A DNA stretch of 64,000 nucleotides from positions 1 to 64,000 of the forward strand of contig JAUCBJ010008984.1 of NCBI GenBank assembly GCA_032718475.1, in the 5' to 3' direction. Positions within the stretch are counted from its first letter, which is position 1. Each line of letters begins with the position of its first letter. A program made the translations under genes and the position numbers. The DNA comes from Nemertoderma westbladi. Taxonomy: Eukaryota > Animalia > Xenacoelomorpha. Below are positions 1-14,354 of the stretch, piece after piece. The notes under the pieces are model-generated. The model worked only from the letters and a program-made list of their open reading frames with translations. It ran no database searches and was not told the origin of the DNA.

Positions 1-999
1 GTATAATGTTTATTCTTAAAACGTCGGTTTATACTTTATATCTCGGTTAAAATGCTATTTTGTGGAATAATAATATTTTGTCTTGTTTATTTGTTGCGCT
101 CACTTTAGTATTACAATGTAAATTAGTTTTATTTCATTGACTTATGTAAATAATATTTATAAATTGTAAAATTATATGCTATATGGATATAAAATTGTAT
201 TGTGTTGTATATAATATGTTTACTAAGATAATTACTTATAAAGAAAGGCTTATTTTATTGATTAATTATCCATTATTCTATGTGTCTGAACATCCCTTCT
301 ACCTACTTCTTATTATGGTTTGCACATATATTGTAAAACCCAGCCGCACTCTACAGTGGCAGCCCGTCGCTTCACGCTAGCCGGACACTGTACTCACTAC
401 TATATCTATATACATAGATTGTACTAAGACAGACTAGATTCCAACAAACTTTCAACTTAATTCGGAAATTATAGTATCTGTTAGCTCGGACTTGATAGTA
501 AAATATGAGCAGGCAAGATGTTGAAACTGTACTGTATGTGGAAAATATATTGATATATAAAAGTATTCAACTTTTAGTTAAAAAGATTCTAAAAAATTGT
601 TGTTGTTATTTAGTTCCTCCAGAATCAAAAATCGCAAAATGTTAGCAAATAAGATAAAAAATTTCCCCAACGATACGAACAATGCGTTAATGAACATTGG
701 TATAAATATTCAAACTTTTATGGTACCAAATATTGATTCTTATACCCCCCCCCCCCCCCCCCCCCCCCCTCCCCCTCCCCCTCCCCCCCACACGTGGCTT
801 ACATTAATTGAAAGCGGATAGTCAGGTTTTGTCCTTTGATTAGTCTTAAACATGTAACTGCGTGAGTAATTCTGTCAGATCTGATTCAGATTTTATGTAA
901 GCCTTCCAATTCGCATATTGCCAATTGGGGTGTCGTTTCAGCCTATTTTAACATATTAACTTAATTTCGCGAATATTTAATTTCGATATTCGACTATCA

Positions 1000-1362
1000 A
1001 AAATGGATACCGTCTGGAAATCAGATCTCTCCAGTCACCTGAAGACTAAGTTCTTTCGAGCCACAGTGGAAAGTGTATTTTTATAAGGGGAGAAGACCTG
1101 GACATTGAATAAATCACTTGAACAACGAATTGATGGTTGCTACACAAGACTACTAAGGGCAGCCCTAAACATCAGCTGGAGACAACACATGGCAAACGCC
1201 GAGCTTTATGGTACAATACCACCTGTATCAACCACCCTCCGTGAACGCAGGTTAAGATTCAGTGGGCACTGCTGGCGAAGTAAAGACGAGGTCATACCAG
1301 ATCTACTTCTCTGGCAACCAACTCATGGAAAGCGTACCCGTGGACGACCGGCTATAACATAT
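1000..1362 (+). mobile_element. Degenerate RTE-like non-LTR retrotransposon fragment (post-RT region of ORF2)
   Basis: Reads KMDTVWKSDLSSHLKTKFFRATVESVFL*GEKTWTLNKSLEQRIDGCYTRLLRAALNISWRQH...RRLRFSGHCWR...GKRTRGRP, typical of the RTE-clade ORF2 C-terminal region. There is an in-frame stop where the usual LLYG motif lies. Confidence 0.85.
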
Positions 1363-1628
1363 AGACCAGCTTGTGTTGGCAAATATTCAATCTGACACTT
1401 TGGCAAAACGTTTTCTAGACCATTTCCAACAAGTTAGCATTTTACCACTTTTGCAGTCCAGTGTGTCATGTGTATGAAAAACATGGCCCCCCTTAGCGGC
1501 GTTAGTAAATTGGTACTATTCAAACACACGTAAACACTCAAGAGTATCGAATGGCCATTGCTAACTTACAAACACACTTCCTTACACTTAAATTCCATTT
1601 GTACCAAGTGCTAAATGATTATAAGACC

Positions 1629-3577
1629 GCAAATACCCCAATACGCTAACTCGCTGAATGTTGTATGCGAATACCCCAATACGCTAACTCGCTGAATGTT
1701 GTATGCGAATACCCCAATACGCTAACTCGCTGAATGTTGTATCCGAATACCCCAATACGCTAACTCGCTGAATGTTGTATGCGAATACCCCAATACGCTA
1801 ACTCGCTGAATGTTATAAGCGAATACCTCAATACGCTAACTCGCTGAATGTTGTATGCGAATACCCCAATACGCTAACTCGCTGAATGTTGTATACGAAT
1901 ACCCCAATACGCTAACTCGCTGAATGTTGTAAGCGAATACCCCAATACGCTAACTCGCTGAATGTTCTATGCGAATACCCCAATACGCTAACTCGCTGAA
2001 TGTTGTATGCGAATACCCCAATACGCTAACTCGCTGAATGTTGTATGCGAATACCCCAATACGCTAACTCGCTGAATGTTGTATGCGAATACCCCAATAC
2101 GCTAACTTGCTGAATGTTGTATGCGAATACCCCAATACGCTAACTTGCTGAATGTTGTATGCGAATACCCCAATACGCTAACTCGCTGAATGTTGTATCC
2201 GAATACCCCAATACGCTAACTCGCTGAATGTTGTATGCGAATACCCCAATACGCTAACTCGCTGAATGTTGTATGCGAATACCCCAATACGCTAACTCGC
2301 TGAATGTTGTATGCGAATACCCCAATACGCTAACTCGCTGAATGTTGTATGCGAATACCCCAATACGCTAACTCGCTGAATGTTGTATCCGAATACCCCA
2401 ATACGCTAACTCGCTGAATGTTGTATGCGAATACCCCAATACGCTAACTCGCTGAATGTTGTATGCGAATACCCCAATACGCTAACTCGCTGAATGTTGT
2501 ATGCGAATACCCCAATACGCTAACTCGCTGAATGTTGTATGCGAATACCCCAATACGCTAACTCGCTGAATGTTGTATACGAATACCCCAATACGCTAAC
2601 TCGCTGAATGTTGTAAGCGAATACCCCAATACGCTAACTCGCTGAATGTTGTATACGAATACCCCAATACGCTAACTCGCTGAATGTTGTAAGCGAATAC
2701 CCCAATACGCTAACTCGCTGAATGTTGTATGCGAATACCCCAATACGCTAACTCGCTGAATGTTGTATGCGAATACCCCAATACGCTAACTCGCTGAATG
2801 TTGTATGCGAATACCCCAATACGCTAACTCGCTGAATGTTGTATGCGAATACCCCAATACGCTAACTCGCTGAATGTTGTATGCGAATACCCCAATACGC
2901 TAACTCGCTGAATGTTGTATGCGAATACCCCAATACGCTAACTCGCTGAATGTTGTATGCGAATACCCCAATACGCTAACTCGCTGAATGTTGTATACGA
3001 ATACCCCAATACGCTAACTCGCTGAATGTTGTAAGCGAATACCCCAATACGCTAACTCGCTGAATGTTGTATGCGAATACCCCAATACGCTAACTCGCTG
3101 AATGTTGTATGCGAATACCCCAATACGCTAACTCGCTGAATGTTGTATGCGAATACCCCAATACGCTAACTCGCTGAATGTTGTATGCGAATACCCCAAT
3201 ACGCTAACTCGCTGAATGTTGTATACGAATACCCCAATACGCTAACTCGCTGAATGTTGTATGCGAATACCCCAATACGCTAACTCGCTGAATGTTGTAA
3301 GCGAATACCCCAATACGCTAACTCGCTGAATGTTGTATGCGAATACCCCAATACGCTAACTCGCTGAATGTTGTATGCGAATACCCCAATACGCTAACTC
3401 GCTGAATGTTGTATGCGAATACCCCAATACGCTAACTCGCTGAATGTTGTATGCGAATACCCCAATACGCTAACTCGCTGAATGTTGTATGCGAATACCA
3501 CAATACGCTAACTCGCTGAATATTGTATGCGAATACCCCAATACGCTAACTCGCTGAATGTTGTATGCGAATACCCC
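1629..3577. repeat. 38-bp tandem repeat, ~51 copies (GCGAATACCCCAATACGCTAACTCGCTGAATGTTGTAT)
   Basis: Directly visible, highly homogeneous head-to-tail array with no unique spacers. Confidence 0.97.
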
Positions 3578-4331
3578 TCCGTTTCGCGAATTGCCAATTT
3601 CACACTTATCAATTAATAATAAAATCGTTCCATAAACTCCGGGAGCGATAAAGTCCTAACTTATTACTTTATTTTGAAACTCTAAACAAATTACTAACCG
3701 GATTACTGTATATTGTCATGGAAACCTAATAGTTCCTTACCTGGACATTGACAACTAGTCTAATGAAACATATGCAAACCGAAATTTATTCCCAGACTGA
3801 AACGAATAAGAATGGTGAAATGGAAAACTTACACATACTGTAGACAGACAATCGTTATTAGAATTTTTCTTCGTTTAGTCTACAGTATTGTTGAGATATA
3901 ATAAATAATACATAACTCAAACTTTAGCAAAAATTTAATTATTAATTAGTGAATCAATAAATACAATATGAGTCTTATTAATAGTTAACAATTCAAAGCA
4001 AATTAATAATATTCACTATAATGATAGCTGCTCAGAATAACTTACACCCACATAAATAATTCCTTTGAGTGAATTCTAACCGCGTAGGAGTAATTAAATA
4101 TAAAAATTGATAATTATACGATAATTTTGGTAATTTTTGCCTTATGAAAGAACAATGAAAGGAATCCTAGTGAATTTCTCATATTAAAGCGTCACTACTG
4201 TAAGCTTTGACAAGTTTTTCTGATAAATGAAAATCCCGGTCCAAAAAATCAGGTATCCCGATTGCCAAAATAGGGATCACTGAGCCAAATTACGGAAATG
4301 CTGAAATGTTTTGATCCTGTTTAAATACTTA

Positions 4332-7300
4332 GTTTGCAGTTAGTACAACATTAATAGACCATGCAGTTAGGTGTACAATAATACTGTTCGGGTTTTGCAG
4401 TTAGCACAACATTAATAGACCATGCAGTTAGGTGTATAATAATACTGTTCGGGTTTGCAGTTAGCACAACATTAATAGACCATGCAGTTAGGTGTATAAT
4501 AATACTGTTCGGGTTTGCAGTTAGCACAACATTAATAGACCATGCAGTTAGGTGTACAATAATACTGTTCGGGTTTGCAGGGATCACACCATTAATAGAC
4601 GATGCAGTTAGGTGTATAATAATACTGTTCGGGTTTGCAGTTAGCACAACATTAATAGACCATGCAGTTAGGTGTATAATAATACTGTTCGGGTTTTGCA
4701 GTTAGCACAACATTAATAGACCATGCAGTTAGGTGTACAATAATACTGTTCGGGTTTGCAGGTAGCACACCATTAATAGACGATGCAGTTCGGTGTATAA
4801 TAATACTGTTCGGGTTTTGCAGTTAGCACAACATTAATAGACCATGCAGTTAGGTGTACAATAATACTGTTCGGGTTTTGCAGTTAGCACAACATTAATA
4901 GACCATGCAGTTAGGTGTACAATAATATTGTTCGGGTTTGCAGGTATCACACCATTAATAGACGATGCAGTTCGGTGTATAATAATACTGTTCGGGTTTT
5001 GCAGTTAGCACACCATTAATAGACCATGCAGTTAGGTGTACAATAATACTGTTCGGGTTTGCAGTTAGCACAACATTAATAGACCATGCAGTTAGGTGTA
5101 TAATAATACTGTTCGGGTTTTGCAGTTAGCACAACATTAATAGACCATGCAGTTAGGTGTACAATAATACTTTTCGGGTTTGCAGTTAGCACAACATTAA
5201 TAGACCTTGCAGTTAGGTGTATAATAATACTGTTCGGGTTTGCAGTTAGCACAACATTAATAGACCATGCAGTTAGGTGTATAATAATACTTTTCGGGTT
5301 TGCAGTTAGCACAACATTAATAGACCATGCAGTTAGGTGTATAATAATACTGTTCGGGTTTGCAGTTAGCACAACATTAATAGACGATGCAGTAGGTGTA
5401 TAATAATACTTTTCGGGTTTGCAGTTAGCACAACATTAATAGACCATGCAGTTAGGTGTATAATAATACTGTTCGGGTTTGCAGTTAGCACAACATTAAT
5501 AGACCATGCAGTTAGGTGTACAATAATACTGTTCGGGTTTGCAGTTAGCACAGCATTAATAGACCATGCAGTTAGGTGTATAATAATACTGTTCGGGTTT
5601 GCAGTTAGCACAACATTAATAGACCACGCAGTTAGGTGTATAATAATACTGTTCGGGTTTTGCAGTTAGCACAACATTAATAGACCATGCAGTTAGGTGT
5701 ATAATAATACTTTTCGGGTTTGCAGGTATCACAACATTAATAGACCATGCAGTTAGGTGTACAATAATACTGTTCGGGTTTGCAGTTAGCACAGCATTAA
5801 TAGACCATGCAGTTAGGTGTATAATAATACTGTTCGGGTTTGCAGTTAGCACAACATTAATAGACCATGCAGTTAGGTGTATAATAATACTGTTCGGGTT
5901 TTGCAGTTAGCACAACATTAATAGACCATGCAGTTAGGTGTATAATAATACTTTTCGGGTTTGCAGTTAGCACAACATTAATAGACCATGCAGTTAGGTG
6001 TATAATAATACTTTTCGGGTTTGCAGTTAGCACAACATTAATAGACCATGCAGTTAGGTGTATAATAATACTTTTCGGGTTTGCAGTTAGCACAACATTA
6101 ATAGACCATGCAGTTAGGTGTATAATAATACTGTTCGGGTTTGCAGTTAGCACAACATTAATAGACCATGCAGTTAGGTGTATAATAATACTTTTCGGGT
6201 TTGCAGTTAGCACAACATTAATAGACCATGCAGTTAGGTGTATAATAATACTGTTCGGGTTTGCAGTTAGCACAACATTAATAGACCATGCAGTTAGGTG
6301 TACAATAATACTGTTCGGGTTTGCAGTTAGCACAACATTAATAGACCATGCAGTTAGGTGTATAATAATACTGTTCGGGTTTGCAGTTAGCACAACATTA
6401 ATAGACCATGCAGTTAGGTGTATAATAATACTGTTCGGGTTTTGCAGTTAGCACAACATTAATAGACCATGCAGTTAGGTGTATAATAATACTTTTCGGG
6501 TTTGCAGGTAGCACAACATTAATAGACCATGCAGTTAGGTGTATAATAATACTGTTCGGGTTTTGCAGTTAGCACAACATTAATAGACCATGCAGTTAGG
6601 TGTATAATAATACTTTTCGGGTTTGCAGTTAGCACAACATTAATAGACCATGCAGTTAGGTGTATAATAATACTTTTCGGGTTTGCAGTTAGCACAACAT
6701 TAATAGACCATGCAGTTAGGTGTATAATAATACTGTTCGGGTTTTGCAGTTAGCACAACATTAATAGACCATGCAGTTAGGTGTATAATAATACTGTTCG
6801 GGTTTTGCAGTTAGCACAACATTAATAGACCATGCAGTTAGGTGTATAATAATACTTTTCGGGTTTGCAGTAAGCACAACATTAATAGACCATGCAGTTA
6901 GGTGTACAATAATACTGTTCGGGTTTTGCAGTTAGCACAACATTAATAGACCATGCAGTTAGGTGTACAATAATACTGTTCGGGTTTTGCAGTTAGCACA
7001 ACATTAATAGACCATGCAGTTAGGTGTATAATAATACTGTTCGGGTTTGCAGTTAGCACAACATTAATAGACCATGCAGTTAGGTCTACAATAATACTGT
7101 TCGGGTTTTGCAGTTAGCACAACATTAATAGACCATGCAGTTAGGTGTATAATAATACTTTTCGGGTTTGCAGTAAGCACAACATTAATAGACCATGCAG
7201 TTAGGTGTACAATAATACTGTTCGGGTTTTGCAGTTAGCACAACATTAATAGACCATGCAGTTAGGTGTACAATAATACTGTTCGGGTTTTGCAGTTAGC

Positions 7301-9152
7301 ACAACATTAATAGACCATGCAGTTAGGTGTATAATAATACTTTTCGGGTTTGCAGTTAGCACAACATTAATAGACCATGCAGTTAGGTCTACAATAATAC
7401 TGTTCGGGTTTTGCAGTTAGCACAACATTAATAGACCATGCAGTTAGGTGTATAATAATACTTTTCGGGTTTGCAGTTAGCACAACATTAATAGACCATG
7501 CAGTTAGGTGTACAATAATACTGTTCGGGTTTTGCAGTAAGCACAACATTAATAGACCATGCAGTTAGGTGTACAATAATACTGTTCGGGTTTTGCAGTT
7601 AGCACAACATTAATAGACCATGCAGTTAGGTGTATAATAATACTGTTCGGGTTTGCAGTTAGCACAACATTAATAGACCATGCAGTTAGGTGTACAATAA
7701 TACTGTTCGGGTTTGCAGGGATCACACCATTAATAGACGATGCAGTTAGGTGTATAATAATACTGTTCGGGTTTTGCAGTTAGCACAACATTAATAGACC
7801 ATGCAGTTAGGTGTATAATAATACTGTTCGGGTTTGCAGTTAGCACAACATTAATAGACCATGCAGTTAGGTGTACAATAATACTGTTCGGGTTTTGCAG
7901 TTAGCACAACATTAATAGACCATGCAGTTAGGTGTACAATAATACTGTTCGGGTTTTGCAGTTAGCACAACATTAATAGACCATGCAGTTAGGTGTATAA
8001 TAATACTGTTCGGGTTTTGCAGTTAGCACAACATTAATAGACCATGCAGTTAGGTGTACAATAATACTGTTCGGGTTTTGCAGTTAGCACAACATTAATA
8101 GACCATGCAGTTAGGTGTATAATAATACTGTTCGGGTTTGCAGTTAGAACAACATTAATAGACCATGCAGTTAGGTGTATAATAATACTGTTCGGGTTTT
8201 GCAGTTAGCACAACATTAATAGACCATGCAGTTAGGTGTACAATAATACTGTTCGGGTTTTGCAGTTAGCACAACATTAATAGACCATGCAGTTAGGTGT
8301 ATAATAATACTGTTCGGGTTTGCAGTTAGCACAACATTAATAGAACATGCAGTTAGGTCTACAATAATACTGTTCGGGTTTTGTAGTTAGTACAACATTA
8401 ATAGACCATGCAGTTAGGTGTATAGTAATACTGTTCGGATTTGCAGTTAGCACAACATTAATAGACCATGCAGTTAGGTGTATAATAATACTTTTCGGGT
8501 TTGCAGTTAGCACAACATTAATAGACCATGCAGTTAGGTGTACAATAATACTGTTCGGGTTTTGCAGTTAGCACAACATTAATAGACCATGCAGTTAGGT
8601 GTACAATAATACTTTTCGGGTTTGCAGTTAGCACAACATTAATAGACCATGCAGTTAGGTGTATAATAATACTTTTCGGGTTTGCAGTTAGCACAACATT
8701 AATAGACCATGCAGTTAGGTGTACAATAATACTGTTCGGGGTTTGCAGTTAGCACAACATTAATAGACCATGCAGTTAGGTGTACAATAATACTGTTCGG
8801 GTTTTGCAGTTAGCACAACATTAATAGACCATGCAGTTAGGTGTACAATAATACTGTTCGGGTTTTGCAGTTAGCACAACATTAATAGACCATGCAGTTA
8901 GGTGTATAATAATACTGTTCGGGTTTGCAGTTAGCACAACATTAATAGAACATGCAGTTAGGTCTACAATAATACTGTTCGGGTTTTGCAGTTAGCAAAA
9001 CATTAATAAACCATGCAGTTAGGTGTACAATAATACTGTTCGGGTTTTGCAGTTAGTACAACATTAATAGACCATGCAGTTAGATCTATAATAATACTGT
9101 TCGGGTTTGCAGTTAGCACAACATTAATCGACCATGCAGTTAGGTGTATAAT
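4332..9152. repeat. 60/61-bp tandem repeat, ~80 copies (GTTTGCAGTTAGCACAACATTAATAGACCATGCAGTTAGGTGTATAATAATACTGTTCGG)
   Basis: Directly visible. Units vary by one T in the GGGTTT(T) run, and GCAGTTAG occurs twice per unit. Confidence 0.97.
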
Positions 9153-9860
9153 TGTATAAATGTTCCCGTTTAGTGAAACAGGCTTACCTTTTACTGTTGG
9201 AACACTCGGAAAAACATGGGACAACTAACTGGGTCTCGAATGTACGTGATTTGTTGTATGGCGCAGGACTAAACTACATATGGGATAATCAATTTGTGCC
9301 CGATTCTAAAATACTTATTATAAGTCAGCTATCGCCAATAGTAAAAGATAATTTCATTCAAATATGGTGGACTAATTTAGCTAGTACCTCACGTAGTTTG
9401 TGGTATGTTAAACACTCGTTTGGTATGGAGCAGTATCTAAACTATGGTTACCCAACCCTTCGTCGGACATTAACAAAGTTGAGATGTTCGTCTCACCGTC
9501 TGCAGGTCGAGCTCGGTCGTTGGCACAATATTCCGCGTGGCGAGATATTGTGCCAACTTTGCGATCTGGGGGAGGTTGAGGCCGAATACCAATTCTTGTT
9601 GAAGTGTCCGCTTTATAAATCCCTGCGGGAGAAATTTCTTCCCGCTAAATACGCAAGATTACCTACAATTGGTAAATTATTTGAGTTATTAGCTTTACCA
9701 TCTCAGAACAAAACAAAGCAATTAAGCATATATGTTTTTAAGGCATTTAAACGTCGGTCTGAATTCCTACCTTGAAAGTATTATATAAATTAGAGCTACT
9801 ACCGCAGTTTTCATTTATTAATTCCATAATTATTAATGTAAGCCTAGTAGATATTATGTG
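9153..9860 (+). mobile_element. 5'-truncated non-LTR retrotransposon (LINE) 3' end: ORF2 C-terminus with Cys/His finger
   Basis: ORF 9152-9775 reads NWVSNVRDLL..G..YIW...TKLRCSSHRLQVELGRW...LCQLCDLGEVEAEYQFLLKCPLY, the C-terminal signature of RTEX/L2-like LINEs. An AT-rich tail follows. Confidence 0.85.
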
Positions 9861-9989
9861 TTACCACCCATGTACTCTAGCGACCTTCCAGAGAATTTGT
9901 TAGTTAGGTATATAGTTTATTTGCATGCGTCTAGAACAGTTAGCACTTTGGACGAAAAAGAGCACGTTAGCGTTTCGAGTGGTTTGCCG

Positions 9990-10168
9990 CTATATATGAA
10001 GGGGATACTGAACTTGAGAGAAACGAAATTGCGACAACTATGGAGAATCGGGAAGCCTGGAAGGATATCATTTCCACTGTCCGAGTTCGCTCGACCTAGT
10101 AGTAGTTGGAGAATCGGGAAGCCTGGAAGGATCTCATTTCCACTGTCCGAGTTCGCTCGACCTAGTAC
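9990..10168 (+). mobile_element. Tandemly duplicated 3' terminus of an RTE-like LINE with (TAG)n tail
   Basis: Frame reads IYEGDTELERNEIATTMENREAWKDIISTVRVRST* then TAGTAG. The last ~62 bp are duplicated (10041-10103 and 10107-10168). Confidence 0.7.
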
Positions 10169-10169
10169 T

Positions 10170-10281
10170 ACAGGCGATAATATCGTTTATATAAACAAGG
10201 AAGAGTAATGGGCCAAGCAGAGTCGCTTTGGAATACCCTTAGCAGTTTGTAACCAATCCGACAGTTTTCATTTACTACTGT
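10170..10281 (-). mobile_element. CR1/L2-type reverse transcriptase relic
   Basis: Reverse strand gives SDWLQTAKGIP (frameshift) LLGPLLFLVYINDI, matching the RT GVPQGS.LGPLLF..YINDL motif. Confidence 0.75.
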
Positions 10282-10427
10282 ATTACCCTTTGTGGGGCGA
10301 GCCACGCAGTCAAGGCGAGCCTTAGTGCACAATTATAATCAGTAAATAGGGCGACATAATTACCAGTGTCTACTGTAGTTCTAACCGCTATTTTTCCATT
10401 GCATACATTATTGCATCTTTGTAGATG

Positions 10428-12165
10428 TATGTGGGGCGAGACACGTATGGCGAGCCATCAGCGAACTGATATAATTATACTATGGCCGTTTTTCAAAAGT
10501 CTGTGTGTGTGTGTGTGACGTGTGTGTGTGTCGGTAGCCATAAATGTCGGAAGCCATAATCTAAATTAATATATTCAGCTAAAGAGCACCAATCTGAGCG
10601 AATGATACATCGGTTAGCAAGGCAGCTAGCTACTTGCAGACCAATCATAGGTGGCCTGCAGCAGGCTGGGTTGGTTAAGTAGTAATCTCAATAAATAGGA
10701 CCCAGCAGGAGAGTGGAGAGGATCTACTGTGATTGGTTCTTGACTTACATTGGTAAGAACCAGCAGTGAATCTTAGATTAGCTTTTTTCAGTTCACATAT
10801 TGTTTATAATCATAAACACAAAATGATTCAATTATTCAATTTTGCAATGTACCGGATGGGTGCTAGCGAGGTAGGCCTAGCAGGTCGTCAGTCCGTCATC
10901 CTACAAGTTGGATCTTGACTCTATCATGTGCGTTCATCTATATGATGCAGACCATCCTGAGCCCGTGGTGAACATGAATTGTAAAGGCTATCTCGAGGCT
11001 GATTATTTTACACATTTACTTGATACTTGCATGAATGCGTCTTTGAGGTAAAATTGCATTATTCTGCAGTTGTTTTGTTATCTGAGAAATTAACTGATCA
11101 GCAAGCAGGAAATTATAACAGCATCATCGTAACCACTCTGCTGACACTTTGCAGAATAAATTCTACCAGACCATAGCTGCGTGTTGGGAGGACGTCGACC
11201 AGTTTGCGGTTCTTCAGTCTGCCACTAGGAGGCGAAATGTCTGAAAGTGAAAATCGTATCCTATTTTGTTATTAATAATGATTTTTAGCTGATACTTAGG
11301 TCCTTTACACAATATGTTTATAATGTTTTTTTTGCTGATACCAAGCAGAGTATACTACACCGTAAGGGTGTGTATTTGGGCTTGGGGAGACGATGACCAA
11401 TCTACAGTTCCCCAGTCTGCCGCTATTAGGGGATGAAATGTCTGAATGAGGAAACCTACAATTTTGTTGTTTATGAATGCTTTTTTGCTGATACTTGGCA
11501 CTTGGCAGGCAGTCTGTCACTAGGGGGCGAAATGTCTGAAATTACAACCTTCCATTTTAATACGATAGAGTTGCTGCAGTGACCTACTGCACTACAGGTT
11601 GTTTGCGAGGACGCTGCCCACTACTCTGCAGTTATACAGTTTTCCACTAGGGGAAAATATCACACAGTTTAAACCTTTTCCCATTTTATTATTTATCTAT
11701 TACAACATAAAGCCTTATGTTTATTATTGTATGTAGCTGCAACTAAAGCGGCATCAGTCTGTTTGTTTGAGAGAATGCTCACTTATGTAAAGTTTTGTTA
11801 AGTTAATTAATTAATTTATTTATGTTTGATATTGTCCATTGATTGATTGACTGTATAGAAGCTTGTGAACTAGAAGGTTTCTAGTGTTATATATAAATAT
11901 GCATGTATGACTGTGAGTCTGTCCAAGCTATACGCTCCGACACACGAGCACCAATCTGAGCAAATGATCGAAAGCTCTCATCCCGACTCCCGAGCACGTA
12001 AACTATCGCTATCTCGAGGCTAATTTTACTTGTTTGTTTGCGTGAATGCGTATTTTGTGTGGGGCGAGACACGAATGGCGAGCCATCAGCGAACTGATAT
12101 ACTGTAATTATACTATGGCCGTTTTTCAAAAGTCTCTGTGTGTGTATGTGTGTGTGTGACAACAA
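10428..12165 (+). mobile_element. Cluster of related non-autonomous interspersed elements (Helentron/HINE-like), two to three partial copies
   Basis: TGTGGGGCGAGACACG..TGGCGAGCCATCAGCGAACTGAT...TTTTCAAAAGTC followed by (GT)n occurs at 10429 and 12058, with a diverged copy at ~10290. Shared internal blocks: GAGCACCAATCTGAGC (10583, 11946) and GCTATCTCGAGGCT (10988, 12009). The family assignment is an inference from architecture. Confidence 0.5.
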
Positions 12166-13172
12166 GGCATGAACAAGGGCAGCCGTGCCCAATAATATTT
12201 CTTGAAGTTGTACATTACTAAAATGGCAGCTAAAGCTAAAGTCATTGACCAAGCCAGTGCCTAGGCTAGCACACAAGGACATGGCCTAACCTGTAGTAGT
12301 CTAGTAGAGGAATAGCGCTCCTTCAATACATCTCAACAGACATCAATTCATTTGCCTGTGCCTACCATAACATAACATATATGCTTGATTTCCAATCACC
12401 TCTCACCACAATTATTATTAGTAATTAAAAGTTTCAATTCGATTTGTCTTTCCGTTATCTGGTTATTCAGTTATTGCATTATTAATAAATAAATGTTTAA
12501 AAATATATCTTAGGCCAGTATTGGTTGACAGAAGGAGATACGCAATGCGTATCCCATTGCGCCTCATAATAGCCTCTCGTCAACAAGTCAACCCCACCGA
12601 CTAGCGGCACTGGCTGTTTCAGCTAACGGGGCTCTGTCGAAAAACGCGTCCCTGATGCAGTAAGGGCCCTCTTTTGAGGAGCAAAATTATTATTGCCGCG
12701 GAACTGCTTCTACTCTAGGCCAGACCTAGCCAGAAGTAGAATCCTCACCAACCATCAACACGAATAGATGAATCTGACACTTGCCCCAACACACCCCCCC
12801 CCCCCCCCCCCCCCCCCGCCCCAATGACGCAGAGGCAGACCAACAACACTCCTCTTCACCTCTACCGATGTCGGAGAGTAAAAAAATACCACGCATTATA
12901 GAATACAGGATAAGTTTGATCCAAGCAATGCAACGAAACCTGTAAGTTAGAAAATGCATGGTCCCAATATTTGCAAAATAATTACAAAGTCCTAGTCCGA
13001 GTGGCCCACACCCGCTCAGGTGTGCCCACTGCGGATCTTCCGTAGTAAACCAATTTGGTCAGGTCAAATCCAAACATTCACTGGAGATCACCCAATGGGG
13101 CGCTATGTGAAATACCGTGCAGACACGATGATGAAATATATCTTACGAAATATGGTTAATAATTAAAACGTG

Positions 13173-13722
13173 TCGCTAACATTCTCGCTGTGGGGGTTTT
13201 AAGGGGTGCTGATTACATTTCTGATGTCAGTTTTCACGTTTACATAAATCTAGTCTGTCTGTTTGTCGGTAATTCTGTTAGTCAGTCTGTCAAAACATAA
13301 AAAATAATTCAAATTAACTAACATTCTCGCTATGGGGGTTTTAAGGGGTGCTGATTTCATTTCTGATGTCAGTTTTCAGGTTTACATTAATCTAGTTTGT
13401 CGGATTGTCGGTCTTTCTGTCAGTCAGTCAGTCTGTCAAAACTTTAAAAAGAATACAAACTAACTAACATTCTCGTTATGGGGGTTTTAATGGGTGCTGA
13501 TTTCATTTCAGATGTCAGTTTTCACGTTTAATAAATCTAGTCTGTCTGGCTGTTGGTCTGTCGGTCTTTCTGTCAGTCAGTCTGTCAAAACTTAAGAAAG
13601 TATACTAACTAACCAACATTCCCGCTATGGGGGTGTTAAGGGTTGCTGATTTCATTTCTGATGTCAGTTTACACGTTTACATAAATCCAGTCTGTCTGTC
13701 TGTCGGTCTTACTGTCAGTCTG
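13173..13722. repeat. Four diverged ~145-bp tandem units with (GTCT)n microsatellite, HINE/Helentron core-repeat-like
   Basis: TAACATTCTCGCTATGGGGGTTTTAAGGGGTGCTGATTTCATTTCTGATGTCAGTTTTCACGTTTAC recurs at ~13177, 13319, 13465 and 13614, each followed by GTCT/GTCA repeats. Confidence 0.8.
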
Positions 13723-13975
13723 TACTACTGTACTGTGGTTGGCATTACGCCATATATCTAACATTGATAATACAGTCTACAATAAAGCCTATCCTATCTA
13801 CAGTACAGAATGGATTTTTTGCCATGAAGAGCACTAAATGTCTTTAATACTATCCACCAGTATACCTAGACCAAGAGCCTTCCAATAAAACATGTATTGC
13901 AGCATGACGTCCACTGCATGTCTTAGTGTTGTCCATGGTGACATGCACTGGACGTCATAGGCTCTAAGGGGTTAA

Positions 13976-14354
13976 GCAACACGGTCCCTACTTCGTCTGT
14001 CGACACCCCAGCCATTTTTCACCAATCATTTTTTAGAGTTTTTAAATTTTTTTGTTATTGGTGAAAGTTCTAGAACATTAGTAGATATGTTCTTTATGAT
14101 AGCTACCGGTAGTGTTTTTTGCTAGCTAGTATTTTTAGAAATTATAAAAAATGTGAAAGTCCATGATATTTCAGGTTAAACTGTTGAAGAATATATTAAT
14201 GACCAAAATAATTTCCAAAAATTACTAGCTAGTAAAAAATACTAGCTATATACCATAAAAAATCTACTAAGGTTCTAGAACATTCACTAATATAAAAAAG
14301 CAATCAAAATCACAAAGAAATAAAAGTTAAAAAACTCATTCGGGACACTTTTGC
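13976..14354. mobile_element. Palindromic MITE flanked by TTAA
   Basis: Imperfect terminal inverted repeats TTAA|GCAACACGGTCCC ... GGGACACTTTTGC|TTAA. Internal inverted arms lie at 14060-14145 and 14205-14290. Confidence 0.6.

Noticed and set aside
597-821. Poly-proline ORF
   Set aside because: Arises from a poly-C tract; TTG start and no other coding evidence.
1365-1530. Weak Tc1/mariner-like peptide on the minus strand (HWTAKVVKC*LVGNG)
   Set aside because: Too short, contains a stop and lacks the SPDLNPIE motif.
3737-4225. Cluster of minus-strand splice-donor-like sites (CTTAC at ~3736, 3827, 4041) suggesting small exons
   Set aside because: Candidate exons contain stops or lack acceptors and give no recognisable protein; at most a decayed relic.
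1629-9152. CRISPR-like appearance of the 38-bp and 60-bp arrays
   Set aside because: Units are head-to-tail with no unique spacers, there are no cas genes, and the context is eukaryotic.
4351-9224. Minus-strand ORFs of (LTANPNSIIIHLTAWSINVV)n
   Set aside because: By-products of a 60-bp unit, frequently broken by 61-bp variants, so there is no sign of frame selection.
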